The notes under the pieces: generated by a model | Databases searched by the model: none | The model's input: only the letters and a program-made list of their open reading frames with translations | Told to the model about the DNA's origin: nothing | Assembly (NCBI RefSeq): GCF_006345805.1 | Contig: NC_043004.1 | Coordinates: 10,044,001-10,108,000, forward strand | DNA length: 64,000 nt | Origin: Octopus sinensis | Lineage: Eukaryota | Direction of reading: 5' to 3' | Position numbers and translations under genes: made by a program | Part shown: in pieces, positions 25,074 to 39,169 of the stretch | Numbering within the stretch: the first letter of the stretch is position 1 | Layout: each line of letters starts with the position of its first letter

Positions 25074-25114
<41 letters not shown>

Positions 25115-26473
25115 GTAGTACTACTACTACTACTACTATTGTCACACCACGTTACCTGTTGCTGCTGACACTCTCTCACTTAACCCATAGTAACTAATGC
25201 AGCTGGAGCATAAACAAGTTCAAGTGATGTCTTGGTTATAACGCACTAGAATGGCTCACTGATAACAACACATTACGCCACCAGACGCTTTGATTACTTT
25301 CTTTCTAGGTTTGGAAAAGTGAAATTTTATAGAATCATTAAATAACTTACGTAAGATATATCTTTTTTTCTTCGTTTTTATTCATTAAAAGCTTCTTACA
25401 TTCAACATTCGGCATTAAAAGTACATTTTATAAATCTATGGGGTTAGTCTTAAAGTTTTGAGACACTTCTCGAAAGATTCCGACCAAACAGAATATGAGA
25501 AAATACGTTACACACTTCTATAAAGTCGCCTATTATAATAGAAGTGAAGATATGTGAATGACAGAATAAACAGATTTCAAATCTAAACACTGCTTCTTTT
25601 CTATTTCAGGATTGATTAAAAGCAAATAACAGTCAAGTTGTGAATAGATTTAAGAGTACGACTTTGAATGAATGTTAGATATCATTATAATCAAAATGCC
25701 AATGTTACAGTGTTTTTTTCTGTCATTCTCATCTATGTGAGTTGAATTTGGCAAGATTTCATTTAGATCGTTGGATATTCTTTTTATGTTTATAGTCAGG
25801 AAAGGTAGCAGTGGCTATGACTTTTTTTACAGGGCCTCCGAGATTAGTAGAAGGAAGGAAGGCATTCCCAAACAAGAATCCTGGCTCGAATGCCTGCAGC
25901 AGAGTGGATCTCGCTGAAGGCACCCCAAATCCTGCCAGATTTTGAACTCGGAACGCAAACAGCAGGGGAAAATCTCACCTGACATCCAGCCCAACGTTCT
26001 TACAGTTCCACCTATCAAACGCTTCGGATTGGTTCTTTCTTATCGGTCTTGAAAGGATGAAATGCAGAGTCGATCTCTACATGATTTGAATTCGGTGTAT
26101 CGAGAATCAGAACAAATATCACAAAGTATTCTATCCAACGCTTTAACGACGCTCTACTGACTCTGTAAAGTTGTTTGGAAGAGTCGGATTAGAAACTTAA
26201 TTGTTCTTATATAATGGTTTGGCTCAGAAAAACATATATCTGTTCTTTCAACAACAACATATAATTACATAGATATATAATTAATCCACAAGCTAAACTT
26301 ATTTCTATTACATCATCGACATTTGCTGCAAGTCAGTAAAGATAGTAGGTATACATGAATTAGCTGCAAATAAACTGCAAATAGACAATGCTAACGCTTG
26401 AATACCTTTCATTATTTTGCCTAATTGTTTAGCTACAGTGGTTCTCAAACTGTGTGCTACAGAATTATCTATC

Positions 26474-26536
<63 letters not shown>

Positions 26537-26549
26537 ATATATGTGTAGT

Positions 26550-26960
26550 TGCAGGAGTGGTAAGAAGCTTTCTTCCCAACCACATGGTTCCGGGTTCAGT
26601 TCCACTGCATAACAACTTGGTCAAGTGTCTTCTGTTATAGCCTCGGACCAACCAAAGTCTTGTGAGTGGATTTGGTAGACGGAAACTAAAAGAAGCCCGT
26701 CGTACACACACACATACACACACACACACACACATATATATACATACATATATATGTATATATATCTATTTGTGTGTGTCTGTGTTTTCTCCTTTCACCA
26801 TTTGACAACTGGTGTTGGTGTGTTTACGTCCCCGTATATAAGCGGTTCGGCAAAAGAGGTTAATATAGTAAGTACCAGGCTTTAAAAAAAGTACTGGGGT
26901 CAATTCCTTTGACTAAAAATTCAAGGCTCCAGCATGGCTGCAGTCTAATGACTGAAACAG
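26550..26960 (+). mobile_element. SINE family A
   Basis: Head, microsatellite core and tail. Confidence 0.88.
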
Positions 26961-27469
26961 GTCATATATATATGTATATAAACCCCCCCACACACACGCA
27001 TACACAAATTCACATACACACAGATACATATACATACACACAATATATGCCTACACGCGCACACACACATGCACATACGTATACACATATAGGCACAGAC
27101 ACACACACACACATACGCACACATAAACATGCGCACACATACGCACGCACACTAATGCACACACCCAAAGCTCACAACCCCACGGATACACGCATATACA
27201 TCCATATACGCTTACACACATATACAAACGCACACGTACACGCACACACAACTACACGCACATAGGACACACACGCACACACACACAAATGAACCCACAC
27301 ATACGTCCCATACACACGGCACACAATTATACATACATGTATACACACATACGCACGTACAAGCACACACGCAGACATACACTAAGTAAAGCACAGTTAT
27401 TCGCCACACACACATACATACACACACACTACAAACAAAACACACACACATACTTCAAAGTAACAGTAC

Positions 27470-27966
27470 TGACCTGTGGCAGGGACAAAAAAACACCACT
27501 CCTTATTCAACTAGCCCTACAAACTAGCCCTACTACTAGCCCTTTGTTTACAGCCACAACCACACACACATACACATACACACGCACACACACACACACG
27601 TGTCATCATTGCACACATACACACACACACGCACACACAGACCTCCGCGCACGCACATATCCACACTTACACACACATTCCCCCCTACCATTTTGCTGTC
27701 TTTGACAATACTACTCTCCTGTCTTTGAAAACATCTGTTTTCACCCTTTCCCTTCCGGTCTTTCAAAATGTGGCCTCGTGTGTACCGTTGGCGATTTTTT
27801 TCCTCTGTCTCCCCTTCTCTGGATCTTTCCTTCTCCTATGTTTCCGACGAAGAGCTCCGCTCGAAACGTTAAACCCTCCTTCTTTCCTGAGTGTCCAATA
27901 ATACTATATTTGTTCCACGTCCTCGCGTTGTTGTGTTTTTTTTTGTGCTTTCTTGTTTGGATTAAC

Positions 27967-27970
<4 letters not shown>
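27470..27970 (+). mobile_element. Penelope-like element 3'/pLTR segment
   Basis: Homologous to 8160-8480; contains a hammerhead motif; ends at (TA)n. Confidence 0.7.
27840..27874 (+). ncRNA. Minimal type I hammerhead ribozyme motif (U4C variant)
   Basis: GUUU-CCGACGA-A-GAGC-ucc-GCUC-GAAAC-GUU-AAAC: stems I and II pair, and stem III is the palindrome ACGU. Confidence 0.65.
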
Positions 27971-28010
<40 letters not shown>

Positions 28011-28029
28011 ATATTATATATATATATAT

Positions 28030-28770
28030 GAATACAAAATGGGACAAGAACGCAAAACATCCAGACAGTTTGGTGAAACAAAAAAATGACAACAAAACAT
28101 TCAGATAGACGATCCCCAAAATAACAAGGACGGGTCATTCGGAATTTTCTTCCCTCAGTCGAGTTTCAGATTATCTTTGCAATTTGGGCTGGTTATACTC
28201 TCGAGATTGCTCCAATCTGGCCAGCCTCAAGGAAAAACTAAGCTAAAAGCATTAGATCCCTTCGAAGAAAGCAGCGAATGTATATGAAAACAAGGACAGA
28301 AAAGAAAAAACGGAGAATGCAAATAACAGGACATAACAACAGGTGTCTTTCGACTAAGGACGAATTAAATTAAGCTGGCAGTGTGGAAGTAAAGCCCTGT
28401 GGCAGGGGTACAAGATTTCACAGGCACAGTGAGGAATATAGATGTTGCACGGACGACGACCGAATCAAGAAAGAAAGCTCAGGCTTGGCCGAACACCGGT
28501 CACGAGGGGAGAGAAGAGAGAGAGGTAGAGGCAGAGGGACAGAAGAAATAAGGAGGAGCGAGAAAAAATGACAGGGACTCAGTGAAGAGAAAAGTGGAGG
28601 GAAAATGTGTGCATGAAGAGAAGGCAAGGAAATGTGAGTGAGGGGGAACGAAAGAACGAGGAGTAGAATGAACGAAATAAGCGTGAATGGGCTGAGACAA
28701 AGAAGGAAAGAATAAAAGAATAGAGCCATACAAGATTTACATAAATATATACTTACATATAAGAGACCAA
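28030..28770 (-). mobile_element. Probable Penelope-like pLTR fragment between (TA)n tracts
   Basis: Same architecture as 40817-41898 (purine-rich block, (TA)n flanks); only a very degenerate CTGA..GAA motif near 28125-28150. Confidence 0.4.
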
Positions 28771-28771
28771 A

Positions 28772-28811
<40 letters not shown>

Positions 28812-29419
28812 TTGAAAAAACCCCCAAAACACAAAAAGAATAACTTCACTGGTAGTTCTAATCAGTTTAATTTATTTTTAAACTTTTTAATAATATAAAT
28901 TTTAGTTCATAGAGATCTAGTAAGTTCTTTGTCAACTTGGGTGTGGAGATTTCTTTAAAAAATTCCTTGTTAATTTTTTTGGAGAACTTTCTCGCATTTG
29001 TTGTCAAACAGATCTGAGGATTTGGGGCTTTGTGGTTCTATATATATGAGATTTGGGTGTGTTTGGGGGTGAGATTGGAGTTTATTAATCAGTGTTGGAG
29101 TAAAAGACTGTTGATGACTGATAGCTGAGATAAAATAGTGAATGGTCAAAACAATTACTTGATTAGAGGTGGAGGTGGAGGTGGTGGGATGTTAAAGGAG
29201 TGTTTTGTGAAGCCATTTGAGTCATTGAAATCTAATGAACAGAAGCCATTTGAATAGTCAGAAATCTGATGACCAGATGTTTTTCCAAATTCTTTCTTTC
29301 AGTAATTTTCTGTTTTAGGTGTGTGTCTGAGGTGGTGGTATTAAGGAGGTGTAAGATACATTTCTTTTGATAAAAAAATGTTTGTTTAGCAAATAACGGC
29401 CGTAAATTTATTATATATA

Positions 29420-29845
29420 TAGGTGCAGGCTTGGCCGTGTGCTAAGAAGCTCGTTTTGCAACCACATGGTTTCGGGTTCAGTCCCACTGCGCGGCACTTT
29501 CGGCATGTGTCGTTTTCTATAACCCCGGGCCGACTAATGCCTTATGAGTGAATTTGGTGGACGGAAACTGTGTGGAAGGTCCCCTTTATATGTATATGTG
29601 TGTGAGCATGTCTGTGTGTATGTATTTGCGCGTGTGTACTGCTTGTGTTTGTTCCGCACCATACCACTTGACAACCGGTGTTGCTTTGTTCACATCATTA
29701 TAACTTAGAGGTTCAGTTTCAACAATCGATAGAATAAGTAACAGACGTAAAAATAAGTACTGGGGTCGATCTGTTCGACTAAAACCATCCAAGGCGATGC
29801 TCTTGCATGGCCGCAATTCAATGATTGAAAGAAATAAAAGATAAA
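29420..29845 (+). mobile_element. SINE family A (older copy)
   Basis: Head, core and tail recognisable. Confidence 0.85.
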
Positions 29846-30972
29846 CGATCCATTACTCTTCCTTAACTGGTTTACACGTTGGTTTTTCTGCTGAAGGTTG
29901 ACACATTGTTTTTCAACTTACACTATTAAATTCTAAAAATCTCCTACACCAAAAATCACTTTAGCTGTTAAATTCAATAGAAGCCATTTCTTCCTATCAA
30001 CGGCATTGAGGAAATGAAGAAATAAGCCGAAAGAGTGGGGAATAAATGTAATGTTTCTCTTAAGAATACATTCTAATTATTTGATTAAAGAAATAATCAT
30101 TTCAGTTTTCTTGTCAGCAGATGTCTTTAACAAAAGCAAAAAGAAAAAGAAAGAGAAAAACGCGAAAAGTTTAGAAAAATATGAATAATTACGTTTAACA
30201 CGTCATATAGAGAATGCTGTTTCCTTTGCTGAAATTAATGAAATATTTTTGGTGCATGTTCTCATTAGGAAATAGATAAAGAACACCATTAAAACGCTAA
30301 AGTTGTGAATTGAACTTCCTCTGCTGTAATTAATGAACTCTCTATTTAGAGCACGTTCGCAATAAGAAGTAGATAAAGAACTTCATTTAAAATGGTTGAG
30401 CTATGAGTTGTCAATCAAGCAAGCTCTTTACCAACACCACTGAATTTCTTCCAAAATGGTTCCTTCCGGATTTAATCATCAATGACGTCAATATGAAGTC
30501 TGCTTTCATGAACGAACGCTGTCGGTGAGATCTTGTTAATGAGATAACCATTATTAGATATATAACTTCTGGAAAAGAGACGTTATGTTTGTAAACTAGT
30601 AGCTATCATGTTTGTGAGTATTTGAAAATACTATTTAAATATTTGAACACTGGAATCAAAGATGTAACCTCGAAATGTAAATATGACATTTAATTGTCCG
30701 TGGACTTCGTATTGATATGGTTCATGCAAAGAGAGCTTCTTAAACGTATAGATTCAAGAAGGACAAACAAACACAAGAATCACGGTAAGTTCGAAGACTT
30801 GAAATCAGACCCCGTGCACAAATTCTATGTATTTACTTATCTTCAATACCCAGCCCACCTCTCTCTCCCCGTCTCATTGATTCCTGTTTTCCTGTATATA
30901 TATTTCTGTCTGTCTGTCTGTTTCTCCCCCCTCTCTCTTTCTAGTCTTTTATTTTGATAATTTTCGCGATAC

Positions 30973-31407
30973 TGGTGTAGGCTGACTTGTGTGGTTAAGA
31001 AGCTAGCTTTGCAACCCACGTATTTTTGGGTTCGATCTCAATGCACATCACCTTGGACAGGTGTCTTCCAGTGTAGCCCCCGGGTGCTGGAACAATGCCT
31101 TGCCAGTAAATTTGGTAGACGGAAACTGTGTGGAATCCCTGATGCGCACGTGTATATTTTACTTTTTTACTCTTTTACTTGTTTCAGTCATTTGACTGCG
31201 GCCATGCTGGAGCACCGCCATAGCTTATTCTTTGTAAGCCTAGCACTTATTCTAACGGTCTCTTTTGCCGAACCGTTAAGTTACGGGAACCTAAACACAC
31301 CAGCATCGGTTGTCAAGCGATGTTTGGGGGGACAAAAGACACACAAACATATACACATACATACATATACATATATATATATATATACATACATATGTAT
31401 ATATGCG

Positions 31408-31439
<32 letters not shown>

Positions 31440-31900
31440 TTCATTCATATATATATATATATATGTATGTATGTATACATATACACACATACATACATAT
31501 ATAATTACACGCACACATACGCATATATATACATATGTGTGTGCGTGAGTGTATATATATATATATATATATACATACACATATATACATATTTAAATGT
31601 GTGTATATGTGTCTTTGAGACTGTGCTTGTCCCCAACACCGCTTGACAAACTGCATTGGTTTGTTTACGCCTTCATCACCTAGTGGTTCAGCGAAAGAAA
31701 CCTATAGAGCAAATACCTGACTCGAAACTAAATAAGTATCGGGGTCAGGATGTTCAACTAAAACCTTTAAAAAAATCCTCAAGGCGGTGTTCCAGCATGT
31801 TCACACTCCAAGACCGAAACAAAGAAAAACTAAAGCCTCGAGCCGATAAAAGCCATGTGAGTGGATTTGGTAGACGGAAACTGAAAGAAGCCCGTCGTAT
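30973..31900. mobile_element. Nested SINE A cluster: a + copy interrupted by a - copy at 31157-31340, plus a fragment at 31834-31900
   Basis: Family A motifs in both orientations. Confidence 0.8.
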
Positions 31901-32784
31901 ATATGTATATATATATATGTGTGAGTGTGTGTGTGTGTGTGTCTGTCTGTCTGTCTCTGTCTCTGTCTCTGACTCTCTGTTTCTGTCTCTCTCTCTCTTT
32001 CTCTGTCTGCCTGTCTGTCTCTCTGTCTCTCTCTCTTTTTCTGAATAGCATTACGTCACGTTAATCCCACCGGTGAATTATGCTTGGCATAACACGTGTT
32101 TGCGGAATACTCTGCTACTTACACGTGAAGTAGGAGTTTAGTTGATAAAATAATAGAACACTCATCGTCTAGAACGACGGAGAATCCACCAGCGCAGTTA
32201 TAATCAACGTACTGTTATAAACGTTTGGTGCAGTATGGCCAGAACACAGATTAATTAGCAACATCAATGGCTTCAACAGTTGTAAACTTCACTAATTACT
32301 CTTTATAGTATTATACTGATTGTTTCGTAGTCTACGTTGGATATAAATGTTGGCTATTTTCGTTCATTTTCCTTATTATATTTTCTTTGTTATTTCCACG
32401 ACTGTTGCTTGATGATAATTTATTTCTGCTGTATGTGGTGACGGTGCGTTGTGCTGTATTTGTAGCTGGTGTAACTAGGGGTAGTATTTGTTATGTTGTC
32501 TTGCAGATAGGACTTTTTGTAAGCGTGTATAAAATGCTTTTTTTTTTAAAAAAATTTATGTATTGCAACGTGTATGTTAGTAATTTGTGGTGTCGTTGTA
32601 TTCTGAAGATTCTAATTATTTCCACTTGGCTATGCAGACATGGCACTCAGTGGTTAAGAGTTTGCTTTCACAATTATGCGAGGTTTGAGTTCAATCCTAC
32701 TCATGTTTGGAATGCCTTCGATAATAGGTCCTGTAAGTTTGGGCTGATTTGGGGCAATGCAATATCGACAACAAGAACTACTCT

Positions 32785-32978
32785 TTTACTCTTGTACTTG
32801 TTTCAGTCATTTGACTGCGGCCATGCTAGAGCACCGCCTTTAGTCGACCGAATCGACCCCAGGACTTATTCTTTGTAAGCCTAGTACTTATTCTATCGCT
32901 AAGTTACGGGGACGTAAACACACCACCATCGGTTGTCAAGCGATGTTTGGGGGACAAACACAGACACACAAACACACA

Positions 32979-33024
<46 letters not shown>

Positions 33025-33215
33025 ACACACACACACACACACATATATATACGACAGGCTTCTTTCAGTTTGCGTCTACCAAATCCACTCACAAGGCTTT
33101 GGTCGGTCCGAGGCTACAGTAGAAGACACTTGCTCAAGTTGCCACGCAGTGGGACTGAACCCTGAACCATGTGGTTGGTAAGCAAGCTACTTACCACACG
33201 GTCACTCCTACGCCT
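32785..33215 (-). mobile_element. SINE family A
   Basis: Near full-length match. Confidence 0.9.
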
Positions 33216-33812
33216 ATACAATAACAATATACTATTATATTAAAAAACAAGCCATATCATACTACATCACAGTACAACTCGCTTCACTAAACAACAATAT
33301 ATGACTCGGCAACATACTACAATAGAGAATATTCCGCTACATTGACCAAACTACACAATACCATACTGCAGTTGAACCAACGAGGAAACCTCTAAGTAGC
33401 GTCTCGACCAGCTAGATATAGCAGTGAATTAGTTTTCAGTTAGTATTCAGATTTCATCTTGTCGCCTTAAGAAAAAGGAATTCATATTTGGACATTGTAG
33501 GCCTGATACGTTTACTCTTTTACTTGTTTCAGTCATTTGACGGCGGACATGCTGGAGCACCGCCTCTACAACCAAGCAACACTGTATTACAAACGGAGAA
33601 GAACTGGGAGAACCTTTACGTCGTCACACAACATGCTAGAAGTAGCAACCAAACATCCTTCACCGTCTTAACATCCTTCACCGTCTTAAAATTGCGCATC
33701 TTACAATTTGTAATTTAGTCTCGCGCTTTCTGCATATTGGGAAAATGACGGGATGGTCACAGCCGGAAGCGCTTTTGATCATAAACTTGTTCGATTAGGA
33801 TTGATCTTATGT

Positions 33813-34113
33813 AACACTCCGTCGGTTACGACGACGAGTCTTCCAATTGATCCAATCAACGGAAAAGCCAGCTCTTGAAATTAACGTGCAAAGGGCTGAG
33901 TACTCCACAGATACGTGTACCCTTCATTTGGTTCTCAGGGAGATTCAGCGTGATACAGAAGGTGACAAGGCTGGCCATTTTGAATTCCAGACACTACTCA
34001 CTTTTACCAGCTGAGTAGACTGGAGCAATGTGAAATAAAGGGTCTTGCTCAAGGACACAACGCGCCGCCGGAAATCGAACTCACAACCTTACGATCATGA
34101 GCCGAATACTCCC
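33813..34113 (-). mobile_element. SINE family C
   Basis: Homologous to 24151-24455. Confidence 0.85.
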
Positions 34114-34419
34114 TGGGGCTAAAGAATACCAACAATACTGTATCATAACACTCTACACATGTTAAGCTATGATACATTTCACTATACAACACTTCGTCAC
34201 AGTACTGAGCATCCCATTATATACCACGTGACACAACACTACATTATATTTATACGTCACTGCACCACACCGCATCATGCAACGCCGCGCCACAGCCCAC
34301 ATTTCTATGTCAAACCACGGAACCACAGTAAAATATCTTTACGACTGTCTGTCGGACATCAATACTTCATCTCAGCCAATGATTCTAGAAAGCCGTTTAT
34401 TATCACAACGGCAATAGAA

Positions 34420-34465
34420 ATGATATCGTCGTCGTCGTAGTCGTCATTATCCTCATCATCGTTAC

Positions 34466-34506
<41 letters not shown>

Positions 34507-34544
34507 GCTGCAGCAACAGTAGCAGCAGGGGCACTATAACCACC

Positions 34545-34580
<36 letters not shown>

Positions 34581-34676
34581 TGTAGCAACAACAGCAGCAG
34601 CAGCGGCACTACAACCACCACCACCACCACCACCACCACCACCACCACCACCACCACCACCACCACCACCACCACC

Positions 34677-34710
<34 letters not shown>

Positions 34711-34840
34711 CCATCATCAATATCAACGTCTCCACCACCATCACCCTCATCATCATCACTACCACCACTGCCCTCCTCCTCCTCTACCCCCTCTTCCTCG
34801 CCGCATTCGTCGTCGTCGTCATCAGTAACAACAATAACAG
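34420..34840. repeat. (ATC)n/(ACC)n/(AGC)n microsatellite cluster
   Basis: Directly visible. Confidence 0.95.
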
Positions 34841-35023
34841 TAGCAAAAATGACAACGAAACCATTGTGAAGGTCAAAGGTTGTCTGTGGATGGTATTTAC
34901 CAAAAATATGTCATCCTAAGTGAGATTAGTGTTGATGTTTTCGAAATAGAGTTTTGCTTTGCTATTCAACTTCAGTTCTAAATGGTTTTTATCTTCGTGA
35001 CCTTGAGCAAAACTTTCCATTCA

Positions 35024-35056
<33 letters not shown>

Positions 35057-35121
35057 CCTCTCTCTCTCTCTTTCTCATTATCTCATTCTCTCTCTATCTT
35101 ACTTCTCTCTCTCTATATATA

Positions 35122-35181
<60 letters not shown>

Positions 35182-35724
35182 ATATATGTTTATTTATGTA
35201 CATATGTGTATATATGTACAGCTATCTAACTATAGATGTATAGACGTCTTTATATGAGTATATATATATATATATATATATATACTCATATGTATTTCTT
35301 CTTTTCGCCGACTCTGTGATAATAATGTATGTCTGTCTGCTTGCCTGCAAGTCTGTTGATGTTGTCACTATTCATTCTACCTCAATCGCTCTATATTTTC
35401 TTTTAACCACACTTTTACTTCTTTTCTTTGTCTATTATCGTTCGTTTCGAGACTCAACATCCCCTTCACCGACCTTTCACGTACACGCACTCACACAAAC
35501 TCGTGTATATATATGAAGATATTCATTAAAAAAATATCGGGAATGGAAGATATTGATTTCTATAAAATATAACGAAAAGTTTCTTTTGTAAATGATGTAC
35601 GTTTATACACTGTAAATTGCAACACACAGTCAACCTATATTCAACGTATTACTGCATACTATATGCTGTGCACTAATTTAGACACACTGTAACACTATTC
35701 GTTCAACATAGTTACCAGCCACTT

Positions 35725-36080
35725 TGTTGAATACCTGGCACGCCATTCTCCAAGAAGCTGTTTTACGGCGAACTGGTGGAAGGCAAGCACAAGATGGACA
35801 GAAAAAGCGTCTCAGGGAAACACTCGAAGCCCCACTGAAGTGCTTCGAGATCAAGCGCGACACCTGTGAAGCGAAAGTGCAAGACCGTCCTACCTGGCGA
35901 AGCTGCACCGACTGAGATGCCACCTTTTGTGAACAGAACAAGAATGCGGGGTGGGGGTCACAATGGAAACGTGAACTTCGCAAGTCCAGAGCCAGCCCCT
36001 AGCCTTCAGTCCAAATAGACCACCTGTGCTCGACTTTCGGCAGTGCCTTCAGAGCAGGTATCAGACTGATCGGCCATCAG
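35725..36080 (+). mobile_element. RTE LINE 3' fragment
   Basis: GQKKRLRETL..QDRPTWR..CSTFGSAFRAGIRLIGH (degenerate single C2H2). Confidence 0.75.
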
Positions 36081-36549
36081 GCTGTGGCCGATCAGTCTGA
36101 TACCTGTGTCCCGAAAGGATGAAAGGCAAAGTCAACCTCGGCAGAATTTGAACTCAGAATGTACCGCTAAGCATTTCGCTCAGCGTGCTTACGTTGCTGC
36201 CAGTTCGCCGCCTTACATAGATATAATATTGCATATAACATAGCAAATTATGTCTGCATAACCTTGAGTATAATAGCAATATACACTGATAACCGTTTAC
36301 TGAATGCTCAACCCATATCATTTTATACTATATGCTTATACTCAAGACTGTACGACAAATTGTACACCGAATATTCAACGTTCTATAAGGCGGCGAGCTG
36401 GTAGAAACGTTAGCACGCCAGGCGAAATGCTTTAACAGAATGTTCATCAGAGCAATGATCATAGAAATACTTTCGATAAGAGACAGTGAAAGTACATTTC
36501 GACAATTCACTAAAGACTCCGACTTAGTAGTCAAAAGAGGACCGACCAT

Positions 36550-36900
36550 GTTAACAACTTGACTCTGAATTCAACTAACCGAATTAAGGCACTCAGAGGA
36601 GGTAACAGCCTAGAGATGACAGGAATATTCAATGCAATGTCGAACGGTGGTCTCATAGTGGTACAACATCTCAGGCGTAAGAAATTTGCAAGCACGGGAG
36701 AGAGATCCAAATTTCTTGGCTGATGACATGTTAATGGGACTCAATATATTTGTTCCAAGAGAGATCCTTCGTCAAAGTCAAATCAAAAAGATGGATACCG
36801 TAGCATTCTGAAAGATAAAACCAGGCCATAGCAATGAAGGGAAGAAGTGCTGCCTAAAACGATTAATTGATAAAAGCTTTGTCTTCTTAGCATCAAAATG
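36550..36900 (+). mobile_element. Old LINE (RTE-like) pre-RT relic
   Basis: IKALRGGNSLEMTGIFNAMSNGGLIVVQHL resembles IxxLKxGKSPGxDGIxxEMLKxGGxxxxxxL; contains stops. Confidence 0.4.
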
Positions 36901-37074
36901 TCACCAGCCAGTCACTACTCGGCAAACTATACTGTACACTTATTGTTGATCATTGTATTCAACACACTATATTATACACACGACATTGTTCCCTCTCTGT
37001 ACTCAATAAACCACATTATACACTCAACACTGTACCACCAACAAACAGAAATTTAAACTCAACATTGTTTCTAA

Positions 37075-37385
37075 TGTAGAGGCACATGGCCTAGTGGTTA
37101 GAGCAGCGGACTCGCGGTCGAGGGATCACGGGTACGAATCCCAGACCGAGCGATGTGTGTGTTTATGAGCGAAGCACCTAAATCTCCACGCGGCTCCGAC
37201 AGAAGGAAATGGCGAACTTCTGCTGACACTTTCGCCACAAGTTTCTCTCACTCTTTCTTCCTGCATCTAGCAGCTTCCCAGCGACGGACCGGCGTCTCGT
37301 CCAGACGGGGAACCTATACACCAATGAAACCGGGAAAGCGTCCCTTATGAGCCAGGCATGGCTCGAGAAGGAACAAACAGCAACA
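37075..37385 (+). mobile_element. SINE family G variant
   Basis: tRNA-like head TGGCCTAGTGG..GGTACGAATCC; body like 19630-19946. Confidence 0.85.
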
Positions 37386-37499
37386 TAGCTTTTAATATAA
37401 AGAAATAAAAACAGTCATGAATGACAGCGAACACCGTCACATAAGTTCTTTAGTTTATTATAACTAGGAGCAAGACATACAGTACTGATTGTTCTACGT

Positions 37500-37705
37500 C
37501 GAGTGCGTGCGTCTTTGTTGCATTGTAACATCAAATTGAATTGTTTTAACTGTGCAGTATGGCTAAACAGCGGATAATCAACCAATGGAAACTGCTTTAC
37601 TGTCGATATAACGCAAAGAAGTGCAATGAAGCACAATGTAAAAAATATCTGGGACAATATTCGTCAAGACTCTTAGGCCTTTTTCGAGAGCATTTAAATA
37701 ATCGT
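37500..37705 (+). mobile_element. Possible Penelope-like GIY-YIG relic
   Basis: CKKYLGQYSSRLLGLFREHL resembles YIGQTxRxLxxRxxEH and is preceded by a Cys-rich segment. Confidence 0.4.
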
Positions 37706-37754
37706 GACCCATTAAAAGCTAAAATATTGTCGTATAATTGTTTGATGTGGAAGT

Positions 37755-37862
<108 letters not shown>

Positions 37863-37888
37863 AAACACACACACACATATGATATATA

Positions 37889-39063
37889 TCAGGTCATCCT
37901 ATAAGTTCTGTCCGATTTTACCTTTTTTAAAATTGAATGAAAGTTTTATAGTATTTTAGAATGTTTAATTATTTTTATGCATTTGTGTATATTTAAACTA
38001 ATTAAATATTATTTTACAGAATAATAGAATTAAAATTTCTCTGATTAAAACTCTTTTTAACATGGAAGTATTCAAAGAGCATTTAAGGCACATAATGCTT
38101 TATGAGTACAAAAAAGGAAACTCTGTAGCCAAATGCTTGAACTAAAGAACTTGCAGAAGATGGTTTGCAAAATTCAGAAGTGGAGATTTCAACCTTGAAG
38201 ATGAAGATCGAACAGGACGTCCAGTTGAGTTTGATGATAAACTCCTTGAGGGATTACTTGAAGAAAATCCTGCATTATCAGTTGAAGAATTGGAAATAAA
38301 GCTTAGTTCAAACCATGCAACTGTTAATCGTTATCTTGGAAAGGTTCCTAACTTGGAAAATGGGTGCCTCATGAATTGTCCGAAAGCAACCGCAAATCTC
38401 GAGTTGACATCTGCTCTTCTCTCCATTCTTGCGAACTCATTTCACCCTTTTTGGATAGACTTGTGACTGGTGACGAAAAATGGATCTTCTATCGAAATGT
38501 TAAACGTCGTAAACAGCGGCTTCGTAAAAGGGAGAACACTCAACCACAACCAAGAAGGGAACTTCATGGAAAAAAGGTTCTTCTCTCTATCTGGTGGGAT
38601 TACAAAGGAGTAATTCACTTTGAATTGTTACCACCTTTTTGGAGAAAAAAGACCCGCTTTAGTGAATCGAAAAGGAGTGATGTTTCACCAGGACAATGTA
38701 CGACCCCACACAGCAAAGATCACATCAGAGAAGATCGAAGAGCATGATTGGGAAAACATTCCTCATCCAACTTATTCTCGCGATCTTGCTCCTTCAGACT
38801 ACCGTTTGTTTCGTAGTTTACAGAATCATTTGGGTGACATAATTTTCGCAAGCCAGGAGGAGGTCGAAACTGACATTTCAGAGTTCTTCGATTTGAAACC
38901 AAAAGAGTTTTACATTGATGGGATTAAAAAGCTTGTAAATCGATGGAAGTAAGTCATAGATAATCAGGGAAAGTACATTGATGATTAAATTTTAATTAAA
39001 TATAACATTTGATCACTTGTTTTCTCTATTCAAAATTCGAACAGAACTTATGGGATGACCTGA
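37889..39063 (+). mobile_element. mariner DD34D transposon, near full length, transposase pseudogenised (~38062-38988)
   Basis: TIRs TCAGGTCATCCTATAAGTTCTG/CAGAACTTATGGGATGACCTGA with TA flanks; WVPHEL, VTGDEKW, HQDNVRPH, YSRDLAPSDY; frameshifts and deletions. Confidence 0.95.
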
Positions 39064-39101
39064 TATATGCATGTACATATACACAGACACATACAGACAT
39101 A

Positions 39102-39168
<67 letters not shown>

Positions 39169-39169
39169 C

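Noticed and set aside
25309-25350. Good-looking splice sites (ttctag|...|gtaaga)
   Set aside because: There are stops in all three frames, and a non-coding exon cannot be supported without RNA data.
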